A DNA stretch of 64,000 nt from an uncultured Planctomycetia bacterium. GTDB taxonomy: Bacteria > Omnitrophota > Gorgyraeia > 2-02-FULL-51-18. The stretch covers positions 4,965-68,964 of the forward strand of contig CAZVNB010000033.1 of assembly GCA_964628355.1 (NCBI GenBank), in the 5' to 3' direction. The notes beneath the pieces are model-generated. The model did no database searches. It was not told where the DNA came from and saw nothing but the letters and a program-made list of their open reading frames with translations. Position 1 is the stretch's first letter. Each line of letters starts with the position of its first letter. Positions 39,023-46,640 of this stretch are shown here, in pieces. A program made the position numbers and the translations under genes.

Positions 39023-39399
39023 GGGGCCTGCTCACGGGGATAGCAATAGGCAATGACATAAAAACGGCTTTTGGCGAACAAAATTTCAAGCGGGTTTTTT
39101 CTGGAAATCTTTTTGTGAAATATTCCTTTTAGGCGAAGAGAAAATCGGTTTTTTCCGGGTAAAATTTCAATGCACTTAAATCCCGAAACGCCCATCCAAG
39201 AAACGCCAAGCGCTTTAAACACGGCCTCTTTCGCAGACAAAATCATCGCAAGTGCTTGATAAGGTTTGTTGGAGGTTTCTACGTACGTGACTTCGGCAGA
39301 ACATAAAAAACTACCGAGTTTTTCGCGATGTGCTTTATAAAACGTCTTGGCTTTCTTCCATTCAAACATATCCACCCCAAGGGGCCAGGCGGCATTCAT
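39007..39399 (-). CDS. Holo-ACP synthase / 4'-phosphopantetheinyl transferase (AcpS-like)
   Basis: ~125 aa; SAKEAVFKALG matches the AcpS motif. Confidence 0.55.
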   Translation of the reverse strand: MNAAWPLGVDMFEWKKAKTFYKAHREKLGSFLCSAEVTYVETSNKPYQALAMILSAKEAVFKALGVSWMGVSGFKCIEILPGKNRFSLRLKGIFHKKISRKNPLEILFAKSRFYVIAYCYPREQAPCAGI

Positions 39400-39406
39400 T
39401 GGAAAA

Positions 39407-39802
39407 CTACTTGTGGGCGATTTGGAGCTTTCCCGAGAGATAATCCACGATCATACCGACCGTGAAAAGATTGCCCAGGTTGGACACTTGCGGATGTTTC
39501 GTGAATTCGTCCCAATTGACATTGGACATTTTTGGTTTCAATTCTTCGATGCCAGCCGGCGTGACAAGACCATTTTTTACGAAACGCGCATCGGTGAGAA
39601 TTTTTTCCGGAAAAAGTTCTCCTTTAGGTATTTTGATTTTGAACGCTTTTTCCAAGCGAAATACGATATCAAGAAAGTCGATGGATTCCGCGCCCAGGTC
39701 CTTAATCAATGAAGAATTTAAAGCTATTTTTCCTTCATCGACTTTTAGCGCTTGTGAAATTATGCTCTTGACGTTTTTAACAATGTTATCTTTTTCATGC
39801 AT
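39407..39802 (-). CDS. Acyl carrier protein with a C-terminal extension
   Basis: DLGAESIDFLDIVFRLEKAF (phosphopantetheine Ser in a DSL-like context); 131 aa. Confidence 0.65.
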   Translation of the reverse strand: MHEKDNIVKNVKSIISQALKVDEGKIALNSSLIKDLGAESIDFLDIVFRLEKAFKIKIPKGELFPEKILTDARFVKNGLVTPAGIEELKPKMSNVNWDEFTKHPQVSNLGNLFTVGMIVDYLSGKLQIAHK

Positions 39803-39833
39803 ATCCGTTTCTTAAGACTCCTTCTTTAATTCT

Positions 39834-40292
39834 TTAATTCCGCGCCGCAACCAGTGAAAAACTGGCCGTGAGCACCCGGCCAATGGGATTTCCACTATCG
39901 CCCATCAAATCCATGCGACCTTCCAAAAATGCCCGAGGTCCTTCTTTCTTCATCAATCGCGCGAAAATCCGCAACAAATTACCTGGTTTTACAAATTGAC
40001 CGAACTTTACCTCATGCACCTGTTCCAACCTCAGGAGCTGCGTGTCCGAGTTTTCCCAACCACCCAGAAGAAGCATGGCTGCTTGTTTGAGCGATTCCAA
40101 GAGTAAAACCCCTGGCATCACCGGAAAATTTTCGAAATGATCTTGCAGGAATTCTTCATTTCCTTTCAACGTGAAAAAAGCCGTAATACTCTGGTTCTTT
40201 TCTACTTCCGAAATTTTATCAATAAAAGAGAATGCACCCAAATGTTTTTTTATCCCTGAAAAAAGAGCAATTTTAACTCCGTAATATAGCAT
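39834..40292 (-). CDS. FabZ-like 3-hydroxyacyl-ACP dehydratase
   Basis: HFENFPVMPGVLLLESLKQ is the classic FabZ active-site motif. Confidence 0.75.
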   Translation of the reverse strand: MLYYGVKIALFSGIKKHLGAFSFIDKISEVEKNQSITAFFTLKGNEEFLQDHFENFPVMPGVLLLESLKQAAMLLLGGWENSDTQLLRLEQVHEVKFGQFVKPGNLLRIFARLMKKEGPRAFLEGRMDLMGDSGNPIGRVLTASFSLVAARN

Positions 40293-40328
40293 GAAAGTGG
40301 AGAAAATACCAAGCAGTTAGTCCGAAGG

Positions 40329-41619
40329 GGTGACGTCAATCAAATTGGGTAAATTGCTTTAAGGGTTTGTTCTTCCAGTTGTTGTTTAAGTGCGTAAAGA
40401 TGGCGTAAATGATGCGTTCACTTGAGGCGATATTCGAGAAGCAGGAGAACACTCTCGTTCTACGCCTAACCTCTCGGAAGGCCCGTTCAATGGCGTTGGT
40501 TGTCCGGATTTTGATCTGGTGCGACTTCGGACAGTCCAGGAAGGCGAGCATCTCTTCCAGGTCCTTTTCAAGACAATGAACCGCTTGGGGCGCCCTCTTC
40601 TGCCAGTCCCTCTTCCAGGCCTTGAACTCGGCGACGGCCTTGAGTCGGTTTGGTGCTTGGTAGATTCCTCGCGCCTGGTCAATCAACTCTTCTTCGTAGG
40701 CCTTCTTGCAGTAATTGGAGACATTCCTGAGCTTGTGAGCCCAACAGCGTTGGATCTTGGAGTGAGGATAGACGAGTTCAGCGGCTGTTTTTAAACCGGC
40801 TGATCCGTCCATGGCGATGAGTTTTAGGTTCTCCCCTTTAAGGCCTCTCCGATAAAGAGAATTCAAAAGAGACTCCCATGAAGCTTGGGACTCCCCCTTG
40901 GCGGTCATGAACCCGATGAGTTTCCTTTCTCCAAAGACTGTGATGCCGTAAGCTACAAGGATCTTTCGGTTGTGATACCTGCCGTTGTAGAGGGTTTTCA
41001 AGGTAATGCCGTCCAGGATGAGATATTGGTATTCATCAAGAATGGGCGCTCTGTGGAATTGTGCGACTTTTTTATCCAGTCTCTTTGTGATATTGGAGAC
41101 CGTGCCGTGGGAGACTTTTGTGTCTAGGAGCTTAGAGATGGCCTCTCCCACACGGCGGGTTGAGACTCCGGCGAGGAAGATGCCTTCTATCGGGTCTAGC
41201 ACCAGATCCTGATGGCGGTGGTATCTTTTAAAGACTCTTGTTTTAAATTCAGCTCCACGGGCTCTTGGGACCTGAATGTCTTCGACTAGACCAAACTGGG
41301 TCACAAGACCACGGGAGTAATAGCCATGCCGGTAGACGGAGGCCTTGCGGTCGTAAGGAGCGCGTTTTAGTTCCTGGGTCATCTCTTCGGCCATGGTTGA
41401 TTCCATCAGTTCCTTCAAGAGTGTTTTTACCTTTTCTTTGGCATTTTCCTGCCAGAAGTTTTCTTTGACCTCTACCCACCAATCTTTTAGAATCTGGGAT
41501 TGTGGGAGTGTTCTTCCGTGTGCTTCCATGGGCGTATTCCTCCTTTGTGTGATAACTAGAAGGATACGCCCTTTTCTTTTCCTACCTACTTGAATTTACC
41601 CAATTTATTTTACGCTACC
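40329..41619 (-). mobile_element. IS256-family (Mutator-type) insertion sequence, ~1291 bp
   Basis: A single transposase ORF flanked by imperfect ~27-bp terminal inverted repeats sharing the core AAATTGGGTAAATT (40342-40355 and 41594-41607 as the reverse complement). No clean target-site duplication detected. Confidence 0.8.
40336..41529 (-). CDS. IS256-family transposase (Transposase_mut)
   Basis: 397 aa; DDE region with conserved LILDGITLK ... MDGSAGL ... CWAHKLRN ... AIERAFREVRRR blocks. Confidence 0.9.
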   Translation of the reverse strand: MEAHGRTLPQSQILKDWWVEVKENFWQENAKEKVKTLLKELMESTMAEEMTQELKRAPYDRKASVYRHGYYSRGLVTQFGLVEDIQVPRARGAEFKTRVFKRYHRHQDLVLDPIEGIFLAGVSTRRVGEAISKLLDTKVSHGTVSNITKRLDKKVAQFHRAPILDEYQYLILDGITLKTLYNGRYHNRKILVAYGITVFGERKLIGFMTAKGESQASWESLLNSLYRRGLKGENLKLIAMDGSAGLKTAAELVYPHSKIQRCWAHKLRNVSNYCKKAYEEELIDQARGIYQAPNRLKAVAEFKAWKRDWQKRAPQAVHCLEKDLEEMLAFLDCPKSHQIKIRTTNAIERAFREVRRRTRVFSCFSNIASSERIIYAIFTHLNNNWKNKPLKQFTQFD

Positions 41620-42140
41620 TTTTCTGTAGAATTATCGAAGAACATCCAGCTGTCAACTTTATCTTTATAGATAAGTTGAAAATTATCGAGCGATCTTTGG
41701 AATCTCCTTCTCACGTCTTTTTCCGGAACGTTATGGCCTCCTTTTGAGACTCTCTGCTTTATTCGAGCCAGAGAAAGATGGGCATCAGGCACCCATAGAA
41801 AAAATAAAAAAATCTGATACCCCTCAGCCCTAAGCTGCGAAAATAATCGAGCGTTGGTTTTACCTGAAAGAGTGGTTTCAAACCCAAAATCCTTTAAGTG
41901 CGTAGCATATTCACGTATTCTCTTCAGAACTGTCCGACACGCCTGCATCGCTTCTCCTTCTGGGGAAAAGGGAGACAGCCCTTGGGCAACAAAATCTGCA
42001 TTAATAAAATTCGGGCAATGCACATAACTATGCAAAAACTCTTTAGCAAAAGTAGTTTTGCCCGAGCCGTTCGGGCCAGCGATGATGTAGAGGTTTTTAG
42101 GGTTCAAGTATTGCGTCCAACCTGTTCGATACTTTCCCAT
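41610..42140 (-). CDS. Zeta-toxin / COG4185-like P-loop kinase; the 3' end lies inside the IS terminal repeat
   Basis: Walker A IIAGPNGSGKTT with INADFVAQ downstream. The last codons (..VA-stop) are encoded by IS right-end sequence (41610-41619). Confidence 0.6.
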   Translation of the reverse strand: MGKYRTGWTQYLNPKNLYIIAGPNGSGKTTFAKEFLHSYVHCPNFINADFVAQGLSPFSPEGEAMQACRTVLKRIREYATHLKDFGFETTLSGKTNARLFSQLRAEGYQIFLFFLWVPDAHLSLARIKQRVSKGGHNVPEKDVRRRFQRSLDNFQLIYKDKVDSWMFFDNSTEKVA

Positions 42141-42500
42141 ACAATAGCGTAGGCCGCGTTCCATAATCGACTGAAATTATCATATTCATCCTTATTCGAA
42201 GGTAGCCCTATTTGTGTAAATGATGATTTGAGGATCTCTCCCTTGTAACTGACTTCTATCGATATCATGGACGCATCCAGGCCCACATAATCAAGTTTCC
42301 CCGTCTTTTGAAGCTCAGTCAGTTTTGCATAAACATCCGAGACAATTCTCTGGCCTTCACCAAACGGTTTTATTGACACTTCCGTAACTTTCCCTGTACG
42401 AATGCGGCCCGGATAATAACTTACTTTAACATAATCCTCACCAGCCCAGACTGACCTGCAAACTAATAAAAAAATGACGACTAAAAAACATTTCTTCATG
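42104..42500 (-). CDS. Secreted hypothetical protein
   Basis: Start ATG 42500 with GGAGA RBS. Signal peptide MKKCFLVVIFLLVCRSVWA. The listed 5' extension is leader sequence. Confidence 0.5.
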
Positions 42501-42514
42501 TTTTTCTCCTGGAA

Positions 42515-42710
42515 TTTAAAAAATAAACACCCCGCCTCCAAACTGGAAGCGAGGCGTCTTCTTTATTTTGTTACGCTTAACTACCCAGATTTGGGGTGCG
42601 AATGAGCGTCCAAATTGGCTCCCCGGCTTTGGACGCCATTCGAACCACAGAATCCCGCCAGGAAGTGGTGCTTTTGATCAAACTCTATAGGGTCCGTCGA
42701 AAGGGTCTTT
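42515..42710 (-). repeat. Repeat family A, copy 1 (full length): a structured ~190-bp element with a long hairpin and a terminator adjacent to the downstream gene's RBS
   Basis: Near-identical to 44786-44920 and to 46545-46636 (truncated). Hairpin 42599-42642: ~16-19 bp stem, 13-nt loop. Minus-strand terminator 42527-42557 (10-bp GC-rich stem) followed by UGUUUAUUUUUU. Confidence 0.8.
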
Positions 42711-42748
42711 TAGTATCTTTGGGGTGAAAATCCAATAAAAAGCGAGCT

Positions 42749-43189
42749 TTACCTTGCAACAGGAGGAGCTGACGAAGTCTCTTGCCTTTTTCCTAGTTCT
42801 TTTCTTTGAGTCTTAGTATTATTTACAGCCACCCACACAAGACCGCCCAAATCTAAAGCGGCGACAATTCCGGCAGTAGCGGGATTACCGTTAATTGCAA
42901 TTTCCTTGGCAACATACAAACCAAAAATCGCGATCGAAGTCCCTGCTATCATTCCCAAATAGGACTTCACAAGGTTTGAATTAACAACCTTGTTTTCTAG
43001 GCCCATTCTGTGATCGGATTGCTTCTCAGCCATGCGAATTATTCGTTCGGCCGAGCCGGGAACAATATTATTATACTGCTGTAGAATCTGTGGAGCCGGA
43101 ATGGGGCCGCTGATTTCCGTATAGGTTGCTACGCGTGCTGGCGGAGGATTGCTGGGATTATTTCGGGCAGGGGGATTATTATCTGGCAT
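42749..43189 (-). CDS. DUF2335-like membrane protein
   Basis: Pro-rich N-terminus, conserved PAPQILQQYNNIVPGSAERII.MAEKQ block, and two C-terminal TM segments. Confidence 0.45.
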   Translation of the reverse strand: MPDNNPPARNNPSNPPPARVATYTEISGPIPAPQILQQYNNIVPGSAERIIRMAEKQSDHRMGLENKVVNSNLVKSYLGMIAGTSIAIFGLYVAKEIAINGNPATAGIVAALDLGGLVWVAVNNTKTQRKELGKRQETSSAPPVAR

Positions 43190-43442
43190 CCGACGCTAAC
43201 TCTTGAGACGCCAAAATCAAATGATCGCCAACCGATGCCCAGTCGCTGTAAAGAGCTTGATTATCAGCTTCCTGCGGGGTCAAATTTTCATTATAAACAT
43301 CCTGGTTGCCGAGGATATCCAAAACCCTAGACATCCCTTCGGTCAGCGAAGGATTGGCAAACAAACGGCCCGATCTAAAAAACAGTGTGCTATTCATAGT
43401 TATATTATGCCATATGAAAACGAAGGCTGACTAATTAAAAGA

Positions 43443-43471
43443 TCCCGGCTCCACGGGAAGCCGGGGCCAGC
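43443..43471 (-). terminator. Intrinsic-terminator-like hairpin 3' of the 43608-44054 gene
   Basis: Minus strand CCCGGCU-UCCCGUGG-AGCCGGG followed by AUCUUUUAAUU. A related but degenerate sequence lies at 45670-45698. Confidence 0.45.
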
Positions 43472-43607
43472 AAAACACGAGGTCTTGCTGGGATGATGTT
43501 GCAAGCATACCATCCACAACAAAGCTTAGTCAAGAAATTGAGTTTCAAAAAACTGCCTGTGAAAATGAACAAATCGCGTAGGCTGAGAAATTCGTGCCGA
43601 TATCCGC

Positions 43608-44054
43608 TTATTGCTTAATCTCGCTCTTCATCTTTTGTGGGAACTCAGCGATAATCTCTGGTTTCTTAAATAATCTGTAAATATAAAAGAAAATTAGTCC
43701 CATAATGATAAACATTGCCAACATTCCTACCCAAACCACCAAAAGCTTCATATCCACCTCGTGACCAGATTGTTTATTCGTCACTGCAGGGACAACAGTA
43801 GCCAACAAAAACCCAAAGAAACCCAGAATTGCCATGCATATGCTCAAGAAAGATAAGTAGACGAGAGCTACACGCGCAATATTTTTTCGCAATAGAATTC
43901 CCACACCTAATGGCACAAGAATTAGAGGTAAATAAACCCCTCTCAACAACCCAAGTAATCCCCACAAAACGAGTACCCAGCTAATAATATTGATTTTAGT
44001 TTTTGATTTCATAGGGGATCTTTGATACAAGAGAACTTTTATATTTACGTACAA
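43608..44054 (-). CDS. Small integral membrane protein, hypothetical
   Basis: Four predicted TM helices; 148 aa. Confidence 0.4.
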   Translation of the reverse strand: MYVNIKVLLYQRSPMKSKTKINIISWVLVLWGLLGLLRGVYLPLILVPLGVGILLRKNIARVALVYLSFLSICMAILGFFGFLLATVVPAVTNKQSGHEVDMKLLVVWVGMLAMFIIMGLIFFYIYRLFKKPEIIAEFPQKMKSEIKQ

Positions 44055-44700
44055 ATTCCAGAGCTATATTCGCGACGGTTAAACCAATTTGAAATAGATA
44101 TTCATGCACTACCGGTACAATCAGCTTCTGATCTTTTAAAGAGTACTCCATTGTGAGGCTTTCCACCGGAGATCCAAAAACTCCGTGAGTTGAATCTGCA
44201 TGTGCCGCCTCTTGCCCAGCATATCTTTCGATAAGAAATCTCGGTGTGAAACTTCTCATCTTGGGAGTACGGCCTTCGTCAGGAACTTCCCAATCAAGTA
44301 AAAACCCGTTTTCCAGCCACTCACTTAAATCAATGGATGAATATAGTGATTGGCCGTCTTTTTCAGCAAACACAATTGGTAAACGACCTCCGGCTAATTG
44401 GGTAAATAATGCTCTTTTCTTAACTTGTTGGACAATCTTTCCGGTTGTAGAATCCATTTCTGTAATTTGTATAAAGCCGTTTTGATTAAGTTTCATCACA
44501 GAAAATATATCTTTGGTTTCTGCCGCTAATTCAGACATCAGTCCATCACCACTTTGTGATCCAACCAGAACTCTGAGTCTTATTCCGATGTTCTTTACTT
44601 CGTCAAAATTGTGATCGACAGCAAACCTATCGCAACTGTCCAACAATAATTGCGCATGGCTTCTGAGATCTTCTAATCTTTGTTGAAAATCCTTTTTCAT
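43996..44700 (-). CDS. Hypothetical protein
   Basis: ORF. The likely start is ATG 44700 (MKKDFQQRLEDL); the upstream part of the listed ORF overlaps repeat copy 2. Confidence 0.4.
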   Translation of the reverse strand: MKKDFQQRLEDLRSHAQLLLDSCDRFAVDHNFDEVKNIGIRLRVLVGSQSGDGLMSELAAETKDIFSVMKLNQNGFIQITEMDSTTGKIVQQVKKRALFTQLAGGRLPIVFAEKDGQSLYSSIDLSEWLENGFLLDWEVPDEGRTPKMRSFTPRFLIERYAGQEAAHADSTHGVFGSPVESLTMEYSLKDQKLIVPVVHEYLFQIGLTVANIALEFVRKYKSSLVSKIPYEIKN

Positions 44701-44785
44701 TTGATTCCATTTCCTAAGTAAGATACCCGCCCCTAACCGGGAGCGAGGTGTTAAGCATACAAACACAACGTTCAATACTCACTCG

Positions 44786-44920
44786 AACTGGGGTTCGAAT
44801 GAGCGTCCAAATTGGCTCCCCGGCTTGGACGCCATTCGAACCACAGAATCCAGCCAGGAAGTGCTACTTTTAGTCAAACTCTATAGGGTCCGGCGAAAGG
44901 GACTTTTGGTGTCTTTCGAG
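44786..44920 (-). repeat. Repeat family A, copy 2 (core conserved; gene-proximal terminator segment divergent)
   Basis: 44786-44920 aligns with 42592-42708 at >90% identity, including hairpin 44796-44838. Confidence 0.8.
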
Positions 44921-44947
44921 AAACCTTTCACCTAAAAAGAACAGAAA

Positions 44948-45268
44948 TCAAACGAATTGCAAAACCTGCTCGCTTCGCTTTCTATGCACCGCTTTGACTT
45001 TGAAGACAATGCCCAAGACGTTAAGAAACCGGATCAACGTTTCAAGCGTAATGTTTGATCCGTTTTCTATCCTGGCAACCACTTGCTGTTTGATTCCCAG
45101 TTTACCTGCAAGCTGTTTTTGGGTCAGGCCTTTTTTTTCTCTATATTCTACAAGATGTTCTAAAAGCTCAAGCTTTGAGGCTTCAAGCTCTATGCGGGCC
45201 TCTCTTTTCTTATCTTGGCCGATGAGCTTTTTTCTAACTTCTTCGTAACTTTCTCCGATATGTTTCAT
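44948..45268 (-). CDS. higA: HigA-like XRE-family antitoxin
   Basis: HTH_XRE: LTQKQLAGKLGIKQQVVARIENG. Sits immediately downstream of the toxin with a 4-nt overlap. Confidence 0.75.
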   Translation of the reverse strand: MKHIGESYEEVRKKLIGQDKKREARIELEASKLELLEHLVEYREKKGLTQKQLAGKLGIKQQVVARIENGSNITLETLIRFLNVLGIVFKVKAVHRKRSEQVLQFV

Positions 45269-45609
45269 GATAGCGCCTCTCTTTCCAAATAATCTGCTTT
45301 TCTTTTTAAAGCGATTTCAAGCTCTCTTTGCGGTATGTCACTCGTTCTTTTCAAAAAAGCGTGCAGCAATAGAACCTGTGTTCGCCTGTGAAAGCAACAT
45401 AAGATCCTGTTCCGATCAGGCCTAAGTTCATACAAGCCAAGCCCACCTCCAAGGCTATCCGTTATGGGTCTTCTAAGACCAAAACCAAACTGTGCCAACC
45501 TGTCCAAATAGGCGATCGCTTTATCTTGCTGCCTTTTTGGCGCTGAACTTAGATACTCGTGGACAGGAGAATTACCCTTTTCATCCTTGTAGAAGATTAT
45601 TTCAAACAC
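45265..45609 (-). CDS. higB: HigB-like (Gp49 / RelE-ParE superfamily) toxin
   Basis: Gp49-family pattern: FL..L....QAKI..L...G, then GLYELR, then LLHAF.K. Toxin-first gene order is typical of higBA. GTG start with GGAGA RBS. Confidence 0.7.
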   Translation of the reverse strand: MFEIIFYKDEKGNSPVHEYLSSAPKRQQDKAIAYLDRLAQFGFGLRRPITDSLGGGLGLYELRPDRNRILCCFHRRTQVLLLHAFLKRTSDIPQRELEIALKRKADYLEREALS

Positions 45610-45630
45610 TTGTTCTCCGGTCTTATCTCA

Positions 45631-45658
45631 AGTATACAGCATATAAGCTGTATGTCAA
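45631..45658 (-). promoter_or_regulatory. higBA promoter with palindromic operator
   Basis: Minus strand TTGACA, a 16-nt spacer, then TATACT. The spacer contains the perfect palindrome ACAGC-TTATAT-GCTGT, overlapping -10. Confidence 0.6.
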
Positions 45659-45708
45659 GTGGGTAAAAACCCGACTCCACAGGAAGCAGAGGCCAGCACT
45701 TACTTGGG

Positions 45709-46506
45709 CTATTTATTTTCAGGTTCTATCTTTGCCGGTTGAAATACGGTGCCAGGAACGTAGCGATAACCTTGTGGAATTGTCGGAAACTTTTGTTGAT
45801 TGAAAGCCTTAAGCTCTCCCTCGGTGATAACGTGCTTATCAATATCAGGAACGTTAACCTTATTGCTTTCGCGCCATTCCCATTTAAGTTGATTAATGGC
45901 AGTTTCGGCTGCATAGAGAGCGCCCATAAGTTCTTCTTGTTTTTTGGTAATAATCTCCCCGGTGTCGGTATCAAAGATTAGCGTACGATCATCGATCATC
46001 TGAGCCTCAAAGAGAAGCTTATTTCCATAGGACCGAGAAAAACCCAGTATATTTTTAATAACCGTATAATGGCTCTCGCTTGATGACACATTATTAGCAG
46101 ACCCAGCAGTATCCAACGTTGAGTAAGACTTCAGAAGTTTACCGGTTTTGTAGAAGGCTAGCGCGAGTTCTCCCGCTGAGGCTTCATGTCCTCTAGACCA
46201 CGCTCCGGTTTGAACCACACAAACTGTATCAGGACTCGCAGCAAAACCATCAAGAAAAATATTCGGTGAGTACCAATCATATTGGTGCACAAGGAGATCA
46301 TCTTTGTCTGTAACCTGATAAATTTTAGTTTTACCTTTCAAACCATAACTTTCGGCAGGGATTGATTTGGCGTAGAAACCGCCCCATTCGTTCGATTTGA
46401 CATATGGTCGATTACCCGCTTCATCATCAGCAAAAGAAAGCTGGGTTAAAGAAATAGATATTCCAAATACGAAAATAATTGCGAATAATTTTTTCATGTC
46501 AATCAT
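45709..46506 (-). CDS. Secreted hypothetical protein
   Basis: Signal peptide MKKLFAIIFVFGISISLTQLSFA; 265 aa. Confidence 0.45.
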   Translation of the reverse strand: MIDMKKLFAIIFVFGISISLTQLSFADDEAGNRPYVKSNEWGGFYAKSIPAESYGLKGKTKIYQVTDKDDLLVHQYDWYSPNIFLDGFAASPDTVCVVQTGAWSRGHEASAGELALAFYKTGKLLKSYSTLDTAGSANNVSSSESHYTVIKNILGFSRSYGNKLLFEAQMIDDRTLIFDTDTGEIITKKQEELMGALYAAETAINQLKWEWRESNKVNVPDIDKHVITEGELKAFNQQKFPTIPQGYRYVPGTVFQPAKIEPENK

Positions 46507-46544
46507 TAAAATCGATTCCTTAACATTAGACTCCGGAACAATAC

Positions 46545-46636
46545 GCCCCGCCTCTAAACTGGGAGCGAGGCGTCTTCTTTATTTTGTTACGCTTAACTAC
46601 CCCGACTTGGGATGCGAATGAGCGTCCAAATTGGTA
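46545..46636 (-). repeat. Repeat family A, copy 3 (truncated within the long hairpin at the GIY-YIG junction)
   Basis: 46545-46636 matches 42528-42617 (terminator segment plus the left half of the hairpin). Homology stops at ...CGTCCAAATTGG and is followed by the palindrome GATCAAT-CACGTG-ATCGAC. Confidence 0.75.
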
Positions 46637-46640
46637 TCGA

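Noticed and set aside
40329-41619. Target-site duplication flanking the IS256-family element
   Set aside because: The 8-9 bp flanks (TCCGAAGG versus TTTTCTGT) do not match. Not called; the ends may be imprecise or a rearrangement followed insertion.
42501-42541. N-terminal extension MEAGCLFFKFQEKN of the ORF 42104-42541
   Set aside because: It overlaps the repeat terminator and RBS. The signal peptide begins at the internal ATG 42500, which has a GGAGA RBS.
42591-42660. tRNA-like TTCGAA/GGTTCGAAT strings inside repeat family A
   Set aside because: No cloverleaf can be drawn (no T-stem pairing, no acceptor or anticodon arms). The motif is part of a long simple hairpin.
43179-43397. 72-aa ORF overlapping the start of the DUF2335-like gene
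   Set aside because: No RBS (the ATG sits 7 nt after a -10-like element), no domains, and it overlaps the neighbouring gene's start. Kept out of the confident list; it could be leaderless or non-coding.
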